Part shown: piece by piece, positions 1 to 12,400 of the stretch
How the letters are laid out: every line of letters begins with the position of its first letter
How positions within the stretch are numbered: position 1 is the first letter of the stretch
Source: Paraphysomonas bandaiensis
Taxonomy: Eukaryota > Protista > Chrysophyceae
Direction of reading: 5' to 3'
Assembly: GCA_965644295.1 (NCBI GenBank)
Contig: CBFFRP010000309.1
Coordinates: 67,611-131,610, forward strand
Length of the DNA: 64,000 bases
The notes under the pieces: generated by a model
Told to the model about the DNA's origin: nothing
Seen by the model: the letters and a program-made list of their open reading frames with translations, nothing else
The model's database searches: none
Position numbers and translations under genes: made by a program

Positions 1-808
1 TGTTGGAGATGCATTCAATCGCACGCACGAATGGGTAGGTAAACTCTGGTCTGCTGTACGCGCATCTCCGCGGTAAATGTACACGAGACAATTGTCGAGT
101 TCGGGTGGAACAGAATGAGTAACAGTGCTTCCAGCAGAAAGGTTATAGTCAACCATCTGTACATCCTGCACAGTCATAAATGGTCCTCGGCGGCCATTCA
201 TACTACCAGCTAAAAGGCGGCATGTTGCTCCATCACTACATGTTATCGCAGGGATACTCTCTGGTGGTTCTGTACCGTAGCGGGGGTCATCCATTTTTTT
301 TTCAGATGGAACATTCACCCATATCTGAAACCCAGCCATATCTTCACCCGCCGGAGTACCTCCACCCTCTGCATGCTCAATACCACTGCCCTAAACAAAA
401 ATAAAATTATGACACAAGGGACTACAAAAGATGATACATACCACGCTGATCCACTGCATTCCAGGTGATGCAAACTCTTCACGATTTCCAAGTGAGTCAG
501 CATGTCTACCTACTCCTTGTGTTATGTAAGTTAATATATCCATTCCTCTATGCGGATGCCAGCCTATTAATACGCACATTAATACTCGATATTTCAAAGT
601 GTTTCTCATCTATACCAATAGGGAAGTTATCTGGATCAGTTTCTTTACCAGTGGATGTAGTTGGTCCAAAGTAATCACACATAAGGAATGGATCAGCTTC
701 TTTAGCACTAAATGCAGATGGAAAGGGCTGCATAACAGAGAATTTCGGGTCCCCTGTTGGATGGGCTACTTCAGCTTTACGTACTGCTAGAATTGGTATT
801 TGAGACAT
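1..808 (-). CDS. Pirin-family (cupin) protein, 3'-partial; introns about 615-564 and 440-391
   Basis: Spliced translation gives DPFLMCDYF...GWHPHRGMDILTY...GRHADSLGN...GMQWISVGSGIEHAE...GFQIWVNVP, the pirin metal-binding signature. GT-AG introns restore the frame and the ORF runs off the left edge. Confidence 0.93.
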
Positions 809-1007
809 TATTGAAAGGTAGGATTGCTATTAAGTTATGCTTAGCTGTCTGTCAGTGAGAGTTCTTGTAATTATGATATACCTAACTATGTGCATATACT
901 AAAATATGTGATGAAGCACTGGTTCGAAAGAAGAGTCTAAGAATGTTATGGGGGTCTAGAGCTGCGTAAGGAAAAGATACATACTCGTATACATCGTCAC
1001 TGGAATT

Positions 1008-1351
1008 CTATGTATGTATGTATGTATGTATGTATGTATGTATGTATGTATGTATGTATGTATGTATGTATGTATGTATGTATGTATGTATGTATGTATG
1101 TATGTATGTATGTATGTATGTATGTATGTATGTATGTATGTATGTATGTATGTATGTATGTATGTATGTATGTATGTATGTATGTATGTATGTATGTATG
1201 TAGGTATGTATGTATGTATGTATGTATGTAGGTATGTATGTATGTATGTATGTATGTATGTATGTAGGTATGTATGTATGTATGTATGTATGTATGTATG
1301 TATGTATGTATGTATGTATGTATGTATGTATGTATGTATGTATGTATGTAT
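1008..1351. repeat. (TATG)n microsatellite with a few TAGG variants
   Basis: About 340 bp of tandem TATG, seen directly. Confidence 0.99.
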
Positions 1352-1353
1352 CT

Positions 1354-1525
1354 GGGGGTGGTTGTGCATATCGATTTCATCGATTTGTTCATCATTTATT
1401 TCATCGAAAAATCATCGTTTTTTCAGTGAAAAGTGAAAAAAGTGACTTTTTAATGAAAAAACGATGATTTTTCGATGAAATAAATGATGAACAAATCGAT
1501 GAAATCGATATGCACAACCACCCCC
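1354..1525. mobile_element. MITE-like foldback element with 72-bp perfect inverted arms and a 28-nt spacer
   Basis: GGGGGTGGTTGTGCATATCGATTTCATCG...TTTTTTCA (1354-1425) is the exact reverse complement of 1454-1525. No clean target-site duplication. Confidence 0.7.
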
Positions 1526-1607
1526 TGTAGTGTCCGTTCTGCATGTGGTGTTGGTCATGTGGTCTCGATTCATTCTATTATTTCGGTTAATCTCACTCAC
1601 ATCAACT

Positions 1608-2973
1608 ATGGAGATGAAGATTTCCGTCGGTATTGATATAGGTGGATCTCATATCGGTATGGGCTTATATCGTATGGGCGAGAACACATCTATAGGCGTA
1701 CACAATGAACCCCTCTCTCCTCTTATATCTGCAGATGATTTAGTTAACCGACTAGTCACTATCATCCATCAATTACAATCAAAGTGTTCATTTAAATCAG
1801 ATATCGTGGCGATTGGCATTGGATGTCCTGGACAAGCAAAGAATGGTGTGTTGGTTGCTGCTAGTAACTTTCCAGGATGGAAAAATGTTCCATTAGTTGA
1901 TATGCTGAGTCGAAGAATGGGAAATGTCACCACCGTACTTGTCAATGATGCTGATGCGGCAGTAGCAGCTGAGGTCTGGGGACATGGTGTTTATAGGAAC
2001 GTTCGAAATGTAGCAATGATTAGTATGTATCCGTAGCTTATGGTAACCTCGCACCTAATGTTTTATGCAGCGCTCGGCACCGGAATTGGACTTGGACTTA
2101 TACTGGATGGAAAGCTACACTCCGGAGCAAATGGCTTGGTTGAAGGAGGACACATGGTTAGTTACTCTACTTGTTTCATTTAGATTATTGATTAAACGAA
2201 TACTCGGATGTACAGATTGCGGATCCTCACTCTCAGGTGCCCTGTGGGTGCGGACAGAAAGGTTGTATCGAGGTCCTAGCTTCTGCAAGGAGTACTGCTT
2301 TACTTATGCAAAATGCTTGCGTTGGTCGTGCATCTTCGTTTGACGCAGAATGCGAAGGAGCTGAAGGGGTTTTTCGTCGAGCTTCTGAAGGTGACGAAAC
2401 GGCTAAAGAAGTAATCGCTCAGGTGAGACACATTCGCAGCTACGTAAGATATTTGTGTGCATCTATACATCATTCACCGTATTGTGTGCTATGTGTGACA
2501 TACTTTTTTTATGTACGAATTAGGTGGCAGACGCTCTGGCAGTGTTTTGCATATCTCTCTGCAGGATTGTCGACCCTGAGGTGATAATATTCGGTGGCGG
2601 TATGTCTCATGCCAAAGAGCAATTGCTTCGCCCTGTGAGTGAAGCCTTGGCTCGTCGCACTTGGTCCGTATTGCCTACAGATGTGCGGCTTGTAATTTCA
2701 CAGTCCGCTGAATGCAATGGAGTACTAGGAGCTGCGCTATGTGCGCAGCACCAATACTCAGAATTGCGCAAACCTGAAACTACAAAGATTGCTTCTCCAA
2801 GAGCGACGAAAGGGTTGATTTTTGGAGCAATGGCGACTGGGCTCGCTATATATGCCTTAGCAAGCTGCACAACGTGCCACACCCCAGGACATACGACAAC
2901 GATGAAGTGCATTGTGGGGGCTAATATGTTCCTTGCCGGTGTACAAGTGTTTGGGTTATTGCATCATAAGTAA
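1608..2973 (+). CDS. ROK-family sugar kinase (glucokinase-like) with a hydrophobic C-terminal extension; introns 2023-2070, 2157-2215, 2423-2523
   Basis: Motifs GIDIGGS, GIGCPG, NDADAA, spliced TLGTGIG, EGGH, CGCGQKGCIE (ROK zinc motif) and IIFGGG. Confidence 0.92.
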
Positions 2974-3565
2974 TGTACTTTTGTGCAAGGTGTAGAAGTC
3001 AGACATGCGTCAGTAGAGCAGCTGGTTATATCGGGTTAGCACTTCATATATATCTACTTCATTTTTTTTGTCTTCTCTGTTGTTGTGCTTCAAAGTGCTC
3101 TTGTTGACTGTGCCTATATTATGTTGTGAACTGAAGAATTATAAATCGTGTATTTCGTTTAGGTTTTATCTAAAATAATAAAACACTAGTTCATGCGACG
3201 TACAGTAACTACATATACCCCATGATCTTTATTTACCTTTTATCAGCTGTACTTATACTTATAATATTTATACAGTGTTTTGTGCGACAATTATTTATGG
3301 TTTTACAGTCTCAGTACAATAGGTTCAGTTACACTCAAGCATCTCAAGAATATATATAATCTAGTTACACTAATCGAAGAAACAGTAACAAAGAAAATTT
3401 ATCCGTGGCTTCCGGAGGCTGGAGGGTATGTAGATACATTTCCAGTATACCATCAGCGCTAGTGAACATCGACTTCAAATCTTGATCAATTAATTATACC
3501 GGATATTTGTGTTCCTGATTGCATGTTTAAATGTTTAAAGTTTAAACCAGACATATTCGTTAGAT

Positions 3566-4117
3566 CCCTCAACAAAGTCGGACTCGCACCTTTTCGTGGT
3601 GTTCTGGGGGATAACTACCGGAGATATTTTTCCAGGAAAATAGCGTGAGACGCATATATAGTCCGCAGATATTGTTCTGCCCACTCATGGCCAAATGCTT
3701 GTGTGGTGTGTGGTACATGGTACACTAATCAGTGTCTCTTGTGTGGATGTGTTTGGGCCTTGACGAATAAACAGGCATCCGGGAATGGGCCCGCCTCAAG
3801 GGTATCCGGGGTATTGGGCTGCCTGCTGAAGTAATATTGAAAGTCTTATTATTTAGCAATAGGCGTTAAAAATCTGCACCAATGTATGCTGAAGTAAAGC
3901 ATCCGGGAATGGGCCCACCTCAAGAGCATCCGGGCTAGTTCACCTTAAGGACAGAGAGCGCAAGTGGTTGCACCTTAATGCTTGCGGAGCGCACAAGCAG
4001 CATTCGTAGCGCTTATTTGTAGTATATCAGAGTTAGCTAAGTACTAGTCAGTTACATTGCTTATATCTCACTCTTATATGCCTATTACTGCTATTGCTAA
4101 TAAGCAGACATTCACTA
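3566..4117. repeat. Dispersed repeat family, copy 1 (related to 22421-22868)
   Basis: Collinear similarity from CTCAACAAAGTCGG.CTCGCAC...GTGGTGTTCTGG through GCATCCGGG and GTTGCACCTT to CTATTGCTAATAA...AGACATTCACTA. Confidence 0.8.
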
Positions 4118-4543
4118 GCATTCGTTAGACAATAAGCAGACATACAAAAAAAAAGAGTTTATTTACATGCCTAATTCAATGTTATACAGTTAGTAATCAC
4201 GTACTAATTTCAAGCAACTTAATACTCGTTGTCATGGCAGTGTGCATAGTGCATATTGTGCTGCACATGAAGTTTAAGTAATATTGCTCGCGTTGCACCT
4301 TAACGGCGATTTTAGAATTGTGGAAGCTTTGATTCTCAAATGAAAGCTTAGCTTCAGCGATGAGTGAAATTCCAACAGGAAATGAAGAATTTCTGATAAA
4401 CTCAAAAGTCTTGGTAAGCTACGATTTAATTTCACATACATATATCTTACATCTTTACTGGAACTATAACTTTTCCTTTTCATATGATAGATAAAAAGCA
4501 TAATATATATACAAATTCAAATAGGGTAAAATATATTTCTAAT

Positions 4544-5842
4544 CTATTTCGGGTGCCACTGTATTTTCCGATGTTTCGAAAGGCAAGATGAATCGCAATA
4601 AACAAACGAAAACTTCTCATAGTGATTGCCAGGTTTAAATAGGTTGCCACACATGTAACACTCTAACTTCTCTTCCTCGACAGGAGCTGGCTCTTGGTCA
4701 ATATACCAGGAAAGTACGGAATTCCCATTACTTATTGTCATCTTTTCGATATTTTCAGGCGACACTTGGCTATCTCGTAACCGTTGAACGACTGACCGCT
4801 GAATGTGTGCATACCCTGGTCCGCCGTACTGGACAAGGTGAATTTTGTATCTTACGTGCGGAGAGAGTAGGATACGATGTGCAAATCCACGCTCAAGTAG
4901 AGTATTGAGTGCACAAATAATTTCCTCATCATTAGGATACATAGGGCCAGAAGGAGGTACCTCCACCGCCCCGAAGCCATCTACACATAATGTGAACTCA
5001 GGATTGGCTCTCAGGAGCGAAGAGTAATACTCTAATGTGGAATAGGAAAGGACAGTACGACAGAATATGACCCGCGACAAATCTGCACCGGACGACCGAA
5101 GTGACTGTATTACGTCTTGATGAATGGTAGCAAATACAGGCATCTCTATGATAATTGGGGGGCGATAAAAATGGTCGGAAAGACGTGTATGAACTTTGCC
5201 TGCGATATCCAGTGCAGATTTGTCCTCATCTGTTAGAGTGGCCGGTGAATTCATCGGAACTGCAATTGCACTAGCTTTGTGTACTGATTTACTTCCATTG
5301 TTCACGATTTCTACACCATATAAGAGTTCCAACAAAATATCGTTGACTACACTCCATCTATCTCGGGATTTGAAATCATCAAACACGTGAGGACCTGTGG
5401 AGAAAGCAACTCGAGAAGATGAAAGCAATTGAGATATATAACATAGTTTTAAAACATCACGACGCTCGCGAGTTGTTAAATCAAGTACATAACTGTTATC
5501 TGTCATATTTAATTCATGCAGACAGATATCAGCAGAATCCAATCGACAGTTTGCTGATGATGAGTGAGGATTCTCTTTAATCATCCAGAGGGTTGATAAA
5601 TTCATATCATTATTCGAACATGAATACAGATGATTAAAATCACAAAGTAATCTGCGTATAATTCATGAATACAATACAAGATACATGTATGTGTGTATAT
5701 ACATGTATGTGTGTGTATACATGTATGTGTGTGTATGTATGTGTGTATAATTATATATAAGATACCTTGAAAGTATTGGGTGGGTATCCTCTCTCACCGT
5801 ACAGCCGTTTATATCTCTTAATTGTGGTATATTTTCTGCCAT
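4544..5842 (-). CDS. Phosphotriesterase-related (PTER-like) amidohydrolase-fold protein, probably catalytically inactive, with a C-terminal CxxC...CxxxC finger; one intron about 5765-5652
   Basis: Spliced N-terminus LLCDF...LSTLWMIKENPHSSSANCRL, plus GADLSRVI, PNDEE, GFAHRILLS and YGGPGYAHI, match the PTE/PTER pattern. C-terminus is CYMCG...FVYCDSSCL. Confidence 0.8.
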
Positions 5843-6422
5843 GAGAATAGATGATTGTGTGTGTATGTATATGTATATATATATATGTGTGTTACATTCA
5901 TGCAGCGATTTAAAGGGACAAGCCATACATACATACATACATAGCAGACATCTACAGCACTCTCTGTGTGTTGTGTAAGAGAGTATGCGATTTTATGGGG
6001 TTTTTGATAAAATATCATATTTTTGAAAACACAATACCAAATACCAGGAATATCTAGAATTGAAGTTACCTACTAGTTCCATACTTCGGCAGTCCACCTC
6101 AATACACACGGATAATAACATACGTAAACGGGAGTCATAACATCCCGTATACCTTGAACCATAATACAGTCCTGAATACATATGGAATACAGTAATACTA
6201 TACTCTTGGCCGGTCCGTTGCACACGTATAGATACTGCGTCGCTAGTATATGCATACATACATACATATCCATGCAAACTCCCTCTATTTAAACATTCCA
6301 AAGCCCTCTGCTGCAATACAACATCCTTTTACCTAATGAAATTGCCATAAATAGTAACATTGTGGTGATAAGAACCTTTTGGTGTCTCCACATATCCTGT
6401 TTTTTGATATTTAATTATGTGT

Positions 6423-9400
6423 ATGCAGTCATGTTTTATTATTTTTTGTGGAATTATTTTACTATGTGGACACCAAACAGTTCGAGCCGAGGTATTCATT
6501 ACACTGTAATATGAATCTATTATTGAATTTATTGTTTTTAGTGTGCGGAAATTATTGAAAATAGCGTACAGACTGTTTCTTTTCCTGAATATTCATCAGG
6601 TTGTGTTCATAGAGGATCATTCTAGCATCTCACCTTCTCTGTTATTGTCTATAGCTGAATCTACTACGTACACTGTTGAATATCCTAGTATTTACGACTG
6701 GGGCTCTGAATTTGACAGGAGACAGCTCTATATTGCTGGTATTACGTCTCCAGGTGTCTGCTTGACGAAACCCTAATTTTGTATCTTAGGCTGGACACAA
6801 GCCACAGCTAGTGCTAGCTGGAGTGCTCGGGACTATCACACTTCTGTTGCTTATAATAGCAAACTTTGGGTTATTGGAGGGGAGGATGCATCATCACTAA
6901 AGAACGATGTGTGGTCTAGTAGTGACGGTGTTACGTGGACTCAAGCAACTGCTAGTGCGGCTTGGTCTGCGCGGAAAATTCACACGAGTGTAGTGTTCAA
7001 CAATGAAATGTGGGTCCTTGGTGGGCAGGGCTCTAGTAGCAATTTAAATGACGTATGGTATTCTTCTGACGGGGCGACGTGGACACAAGCCACAGCTAGT
7101 GCTAGTTGGAGTGCCCGATCATACCATAGCAGTGCTGTGTACAACAACAAGATATGGGTGTTGGGTGGTTCGACTGCAGTCGGCACTTTTGTAAATGACG
7201 TCTGGAGTTCGAGCGATGGGGCATCTTGGACACAAGTAACTGCCTCTGCGGGTTGGGGAATCCGACATGGGCACTGTAGCCCTGTCTACGACAGCAAGTT
7301 ATGGGTACTGGGTGGAGGAGACGGCAGTAATTTGAACGATGTCTGGAGTACTACCGATGGAGCTACATGGACTCAAGCTGCTGCATCGTCATCCTGGGCT
7401 ACTAGGCGGGGACATCGCTGTCTTTCTTACGATGAAATCTGGATTTTAGGCGGCTATGATGGCAGTAACAGGAATGACGTGTGGTACAGTGCAGATGGAG
7501 TCAGTTCCATTCAGGCCGCGTCTGATGCAGAGTGGAGCGACCGCCGGTACTTTGGCGTCTCCATATTCAATAGCAAAATGTGGGTGTTGGGAGGGACCGG
7601 AACTTCAAAGCTGAATGACGTATGGTACTCTGATTCTGCTCCGAGTTCATTACCCTCTTCGCAACCCACAGGCCAACCAACTGGGCAGCCTACCGGTCAA
7701 CCTAGTGGCCAACCTACCTGTGTTCCTACTGGAGAGCCCACTGGACACCCAAGTGGTCAGCCAACCGGACAACCTACCGGCGTTCCTACAGGACAGCCTA
7801 GTGGTCAACCAACCTGTGTACCTACAGGGCAACCCAGTGGTGAGCCCACATGCATTCCTACTGGGCAACCAAGTGGACAACCCACTGGTCAGCCAACCGG
7901 TCAGCCCACGTGTATTCCCACTGGACAGCCAACCGGCCAGCCTACCTGTATTCCTACTGGGCAGCCCACTGGACAACCTACCTGTATTCCAACTGGGCAG
8001 CCTACCGGTCAGCCTACCTGCGTTCCTACAGGACAGCCTACAGGTCAACCAACGGGTCAGCCATCAGGACAACCAACCTGTGTGCCTACAGGGCAACCCA
8101 GTGGTGAGCCGACATGCACTCCTACTGGGCAACCAAGTGGACAACCCACTGGTCAGCCAACCGGCCAGCCTACCTGTATTCCTACAGGGCAGCCTACTGG
8201 TCAGCCAACCTGCCTTCCTACAAGTCAGCCTAGTGGTCAGCCAACCGGACAGCCTAGTGGTGAGCCCACATGTATTCCTACTGGTCAACCCAGTGGACAG
8301 CCCAGTGGACAGCCTACCGGTCAGCCCACGTGTATTCCCACTGGTCAGCCTACAGGGCAACCAACTTGCAGTCCTTCAGGACAGCCCACTGGACAGCCTA
8401 CCTGTATTCCTACAGGAGAGCCCAGTGGACAACCATCAGGACAGCCCACTGGGCAGCCAACATGCATTCCAACGGGGCAACCCAGTGGACAACCCACATG
8501 CGTTCCAACTGGACAACCTACCTGTATTCCTACTGGACAGCCTACCGGTCTGCCCACGTGTATTCCAACTGGGCAGCCTACCGGTCAGCCTACCTGCGTT
8601 CCTACAGGACAGCCTAGTGGTCAACCAACAGGTCAGCCATCAGGACAACCAACCTGTGTACCTACAGGGCAACCCAGTGGCGAGCCCACATGCATTCCTA
8701 CTGGGCAACCAAGTGGACAACCCACTGGTCAGCCAACCGGCCAGCCTACCTGTATTCCAACTGGGCAGCCTACCGGTCAGCCAACCTGCGTTCCTACAGG
8801 TCAGCCTAGTGGTCAACCAACAGGTCAGCCATCAGGACAACCAACCTGTGTGCCTACAGGGCAACCCAGTGGTGAGCCCACATGCATTCCTACTGGGCAA
8901 CCAAGTGGACAACCCACTGGTCAGCCAACCGGACAACCTACCTGTATTCCTACAGGGCAGCCTACTGGTCAGCCAACCTGCGTTCCTACAGGACAGCCAA
9001 GCGGCCAACCCACTGGACAGCCTAGTGGTGAGCCCACATGTATTCCTACTGGTCAGCCAACAGGTCAGCCAACTTGTGTACCTTCTGGACAACCTAGTGG
9101 ACAGCCAACTGGACAGCCTACAGGACAACCGACGTGTGTTCCAAGTGGACAGCCCACTGGACAACCTACCTGTATTCCTACAGGAGAGCCAAGCGGACAG
9201 CCGACATGCGTTCCTACTGGTCAACCCAGTGGACAGCCTACAGGTCAACCTAGCGGACAGCCTACTGGACAGCCCACTGGTGAGCCCACTTGTATTCCTA
9301 CTGGACAGCCTAGTGGTGAGCCAACATGTATTCCTACTGGTCAGCCCAGTGGTGAGCCCACAGGTATTCCTACAGGACAGCCCAGTGGGCAACCAAGTGG

Positions 9401-12400
9401 TCAGCCAACCGGACAACCTACCTGTATTCCTACAGGGCAGCCTACCGGTCAGCCAACCTGCGTTCCTACTGGACAACCCAGTGGGCAACCAACCGGACAG
9501 CCTAGTGGTAAGCCTACATGTATTCCTACCGGGCAACCCACTGGGCAGCCGACATGCGTTCCAACTGGACAGCCGAGTGGACAACCCACATGTGTTCCTT
9601 CAGGACAGCCAAGCGGCCAACCTACTGGACAGCCTAGTGGTGAGCCCACATGTATTCCAACTGGTCAGCCGACAGGTCAGCCAACTTGTGTACCTACTGG
9701 ACAGCCTAGTGGACAGCCTACCGGTCAGCCAACATGCATTCCAACTGGGCAACCCACTGGACAACCAACTTCTATTCCAACTGGTCAGCCGACTGGACAA
9801 CCTACAGGACAGCCAACAGGACAGCCCACTGGACTGCCTACGGGGCAGCCGACGGGACAGCCGACAGGGCAACCGACCGGACAGCCGACTAGTCAACCCA
9901 GCAGTCAACCTACGGGGCAGCCAACAGGCCAGCCCACTGGCCAACCTACTGGACAACCTACAGGTCAGCCAACGGGACAGCCTACAGGTCAGCCTACTGG
10001 ACAACCCTCCGGGCAACCAACTGGTCAACCTACTTGCCAACCGACGGGTGAACCTACGGGACAGCCGACAGGACAACCCACTGGACAACCAACTGGTCAG
10101 CCTACGGGACAACCCACTGGACAACCAACTGGTCAGCCTACGGGACAGCCTACTGGACAGCCCACTGGACAGCCTACAGGTCAGCCTACAGGACAACCTA
10201 CTGGACAACCTACAGGACAGCCAACAGGCCTGCCTACAGGACAACCGAGTAGTGAACCTAGTGGTCAGCCTACTGGGCAGCCCACTGGATGGCCCACTGG
10301 ACAACCTACTGGTGAGCCAACGGGACAGCCAACTGGTCTGCCTACGGGGCAACCTACAGGGCAACCTACAGGACAGCCGAGTAGTGAACCTAGTGGTCAG
10401 CCCACCGGCCAACCTACAGGTCAACCTACGGGACAGCCGACTGGTGAGCCTACGGGACAACCCACTGGACAACCAACTGGTCAGCCTACGGGACAGCCTA
10501 CAGGTGAGCCAACGGGACAGCCTACAGGTCAGCCTACTGGACAACCTACAGGACAACCTACGGGACAACCAACTGGACAGCCGACAGGACAACCGAGTAG
10601 TGAACCTAGTGGTCAGCCTACTGGGCAGCCCACAGGTCATCCCACTGGACAGCCAACTGGACAACCTACTGGTGAGCCTACAGGACAGCCTACTGGACAG
10701 CCCACTGGACAGCCTACAGGTCAGCCAACAGGACGGCCTACAGGGCAACCTTCAGGACAGCCTACAGGTCAGCCCACTGGTTTGCCTACGGGACAACCTA
10801 CAGGGCAGCCTACAGCTCAGCCGTCAGGGCAGCCGACTGGGCAACCTTCGGGACAGCCGTCAGGGCAACCTACTGGTGTGCCCACAGGTCAACCTACGGG
10901 ACAGCCGACAGGACAACCTACAGGGCAGCCAACAGGGCAACCTACTGGAGAACCTACTGGAGAACCTACTGGTCAACCAACAGGACAACCTACTGGACAG
11001 CCTACTGGTCAACCTACAGGGCAGCCTACAGCTCAGCCGTCAGGGCAGCCGACTGGGCAACCTTCGGGACAGCCGTCAGGGCAACCTACTGGTGTGCCCA
11101 CAGGTCAACCTACGGGACAGCCGACAGGACAACCTACAGGGCAGCCAACAGGGCAACCTACTGGAGAACCTACTGGAGAACCTACTGGTCAACCAACAGG
11201 ACAACCTACTGGACAGCCTACTGGTCAACCTACAGGGCAGCCTACAGCTCAGCCGTCAGGGCAGCCGACTGGGCAACCTTCGGGACAGCCGTCAGGGCAA
11301 CCTACTGGTGTGCCCACAGGTCAACCTACGGGACAGCCGACAGGACAACCTACAGGGCAGCCAACAGGGCAACCTACTGGAGAACCTACTGGAGAACCTA
11401 CTGGTCAACCAACAGGACAACCTACTGGACAGCCTACTGGTCAACCTACAGGGCAGCCTACAGGACAGCCTACTGGGAAACCAACTTCTCAGCCTACTAG
11501 TGAGCCTACGGGGCAGCCAACTGGGCAGCCAACTAGTCAGCCGACAGGACAACCAACTGGGCAACCGACTGGCCAGCCCACTGGTGAACCCACCGGTCAA
11601 CCTACAGGACAACCCACTGGAGAGCCTACAGGACAGCCGACCGGGCAGCCTACAGGTCAGCCGACGGGCCAACCAACCGGACTGCCTTCAGGACAGCCGA
11701 CAGGACAGCCGACAGGGCAACCTACAGGACAACCTACTGGACTACCAACTTCACAGCCTACTAGTGAGCCTACAGGACAGCCCACTGGACAGCCGACAGG
11801 GCAACCTACAGGACTACCAACTGGTCAGCCTTCTGGACAACCTACGGGGCAGCCAACAGGCCAGCCCACTGGTCAACCAACTGGGCAACCCACTGGACAA
11901 CCGACAGGTCAACCTACGGGACAACCTACAGGTCAACCTACTGGTGTACCTTCTGGCCAACCAACAAGTCAACCTACAGGACAGCCCACTGGACTGCCTA
12001 CGGGGCAACCTACAGGGCAACCCACCGGTCAACCTACTGGTGAGCCTACAGGGCAGCCAACTGGCCAGCCCACTGGACAACCCACTGGTCAACCTAGTGG
12101 TCAACCTAGTGGTCAGCCAACAGGGCAGCCCACTGGACAGCCGACTGGTGAACCCACCGGTCAACCTACAGGCCTGCCCACTGGTCAGCCGACAGGGCAA
12201 CCTACTGGACAGCCCACTGGACAGCCCACAGGTCAACCCTCTGGACAACCCACTGGGCAGCCAACAGGCCAGCCCACTGGACAACCCACTGGTCAACCTA
12301 CAGCTCAACCCACTGGACAACCCACTGGACAACCCACTGGTCAGCCGACAGGGCAACCTACTGGACAGCCCACTGGACAGCCCACAGGTCAACCCTCTGG

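Noticed and set aside
956-1467. HTYI/MYVC-repeat ORFs (also around 42095-42646)
   Set aside because: They are translations of the TATG microsatellite, which lacks stops in most frames.
1530-1607. Signal-peptide-like N-terminal extension of the ROK kinase
   Set aside because: It starts at GTG, not ATG; the first ATG is at 1608.
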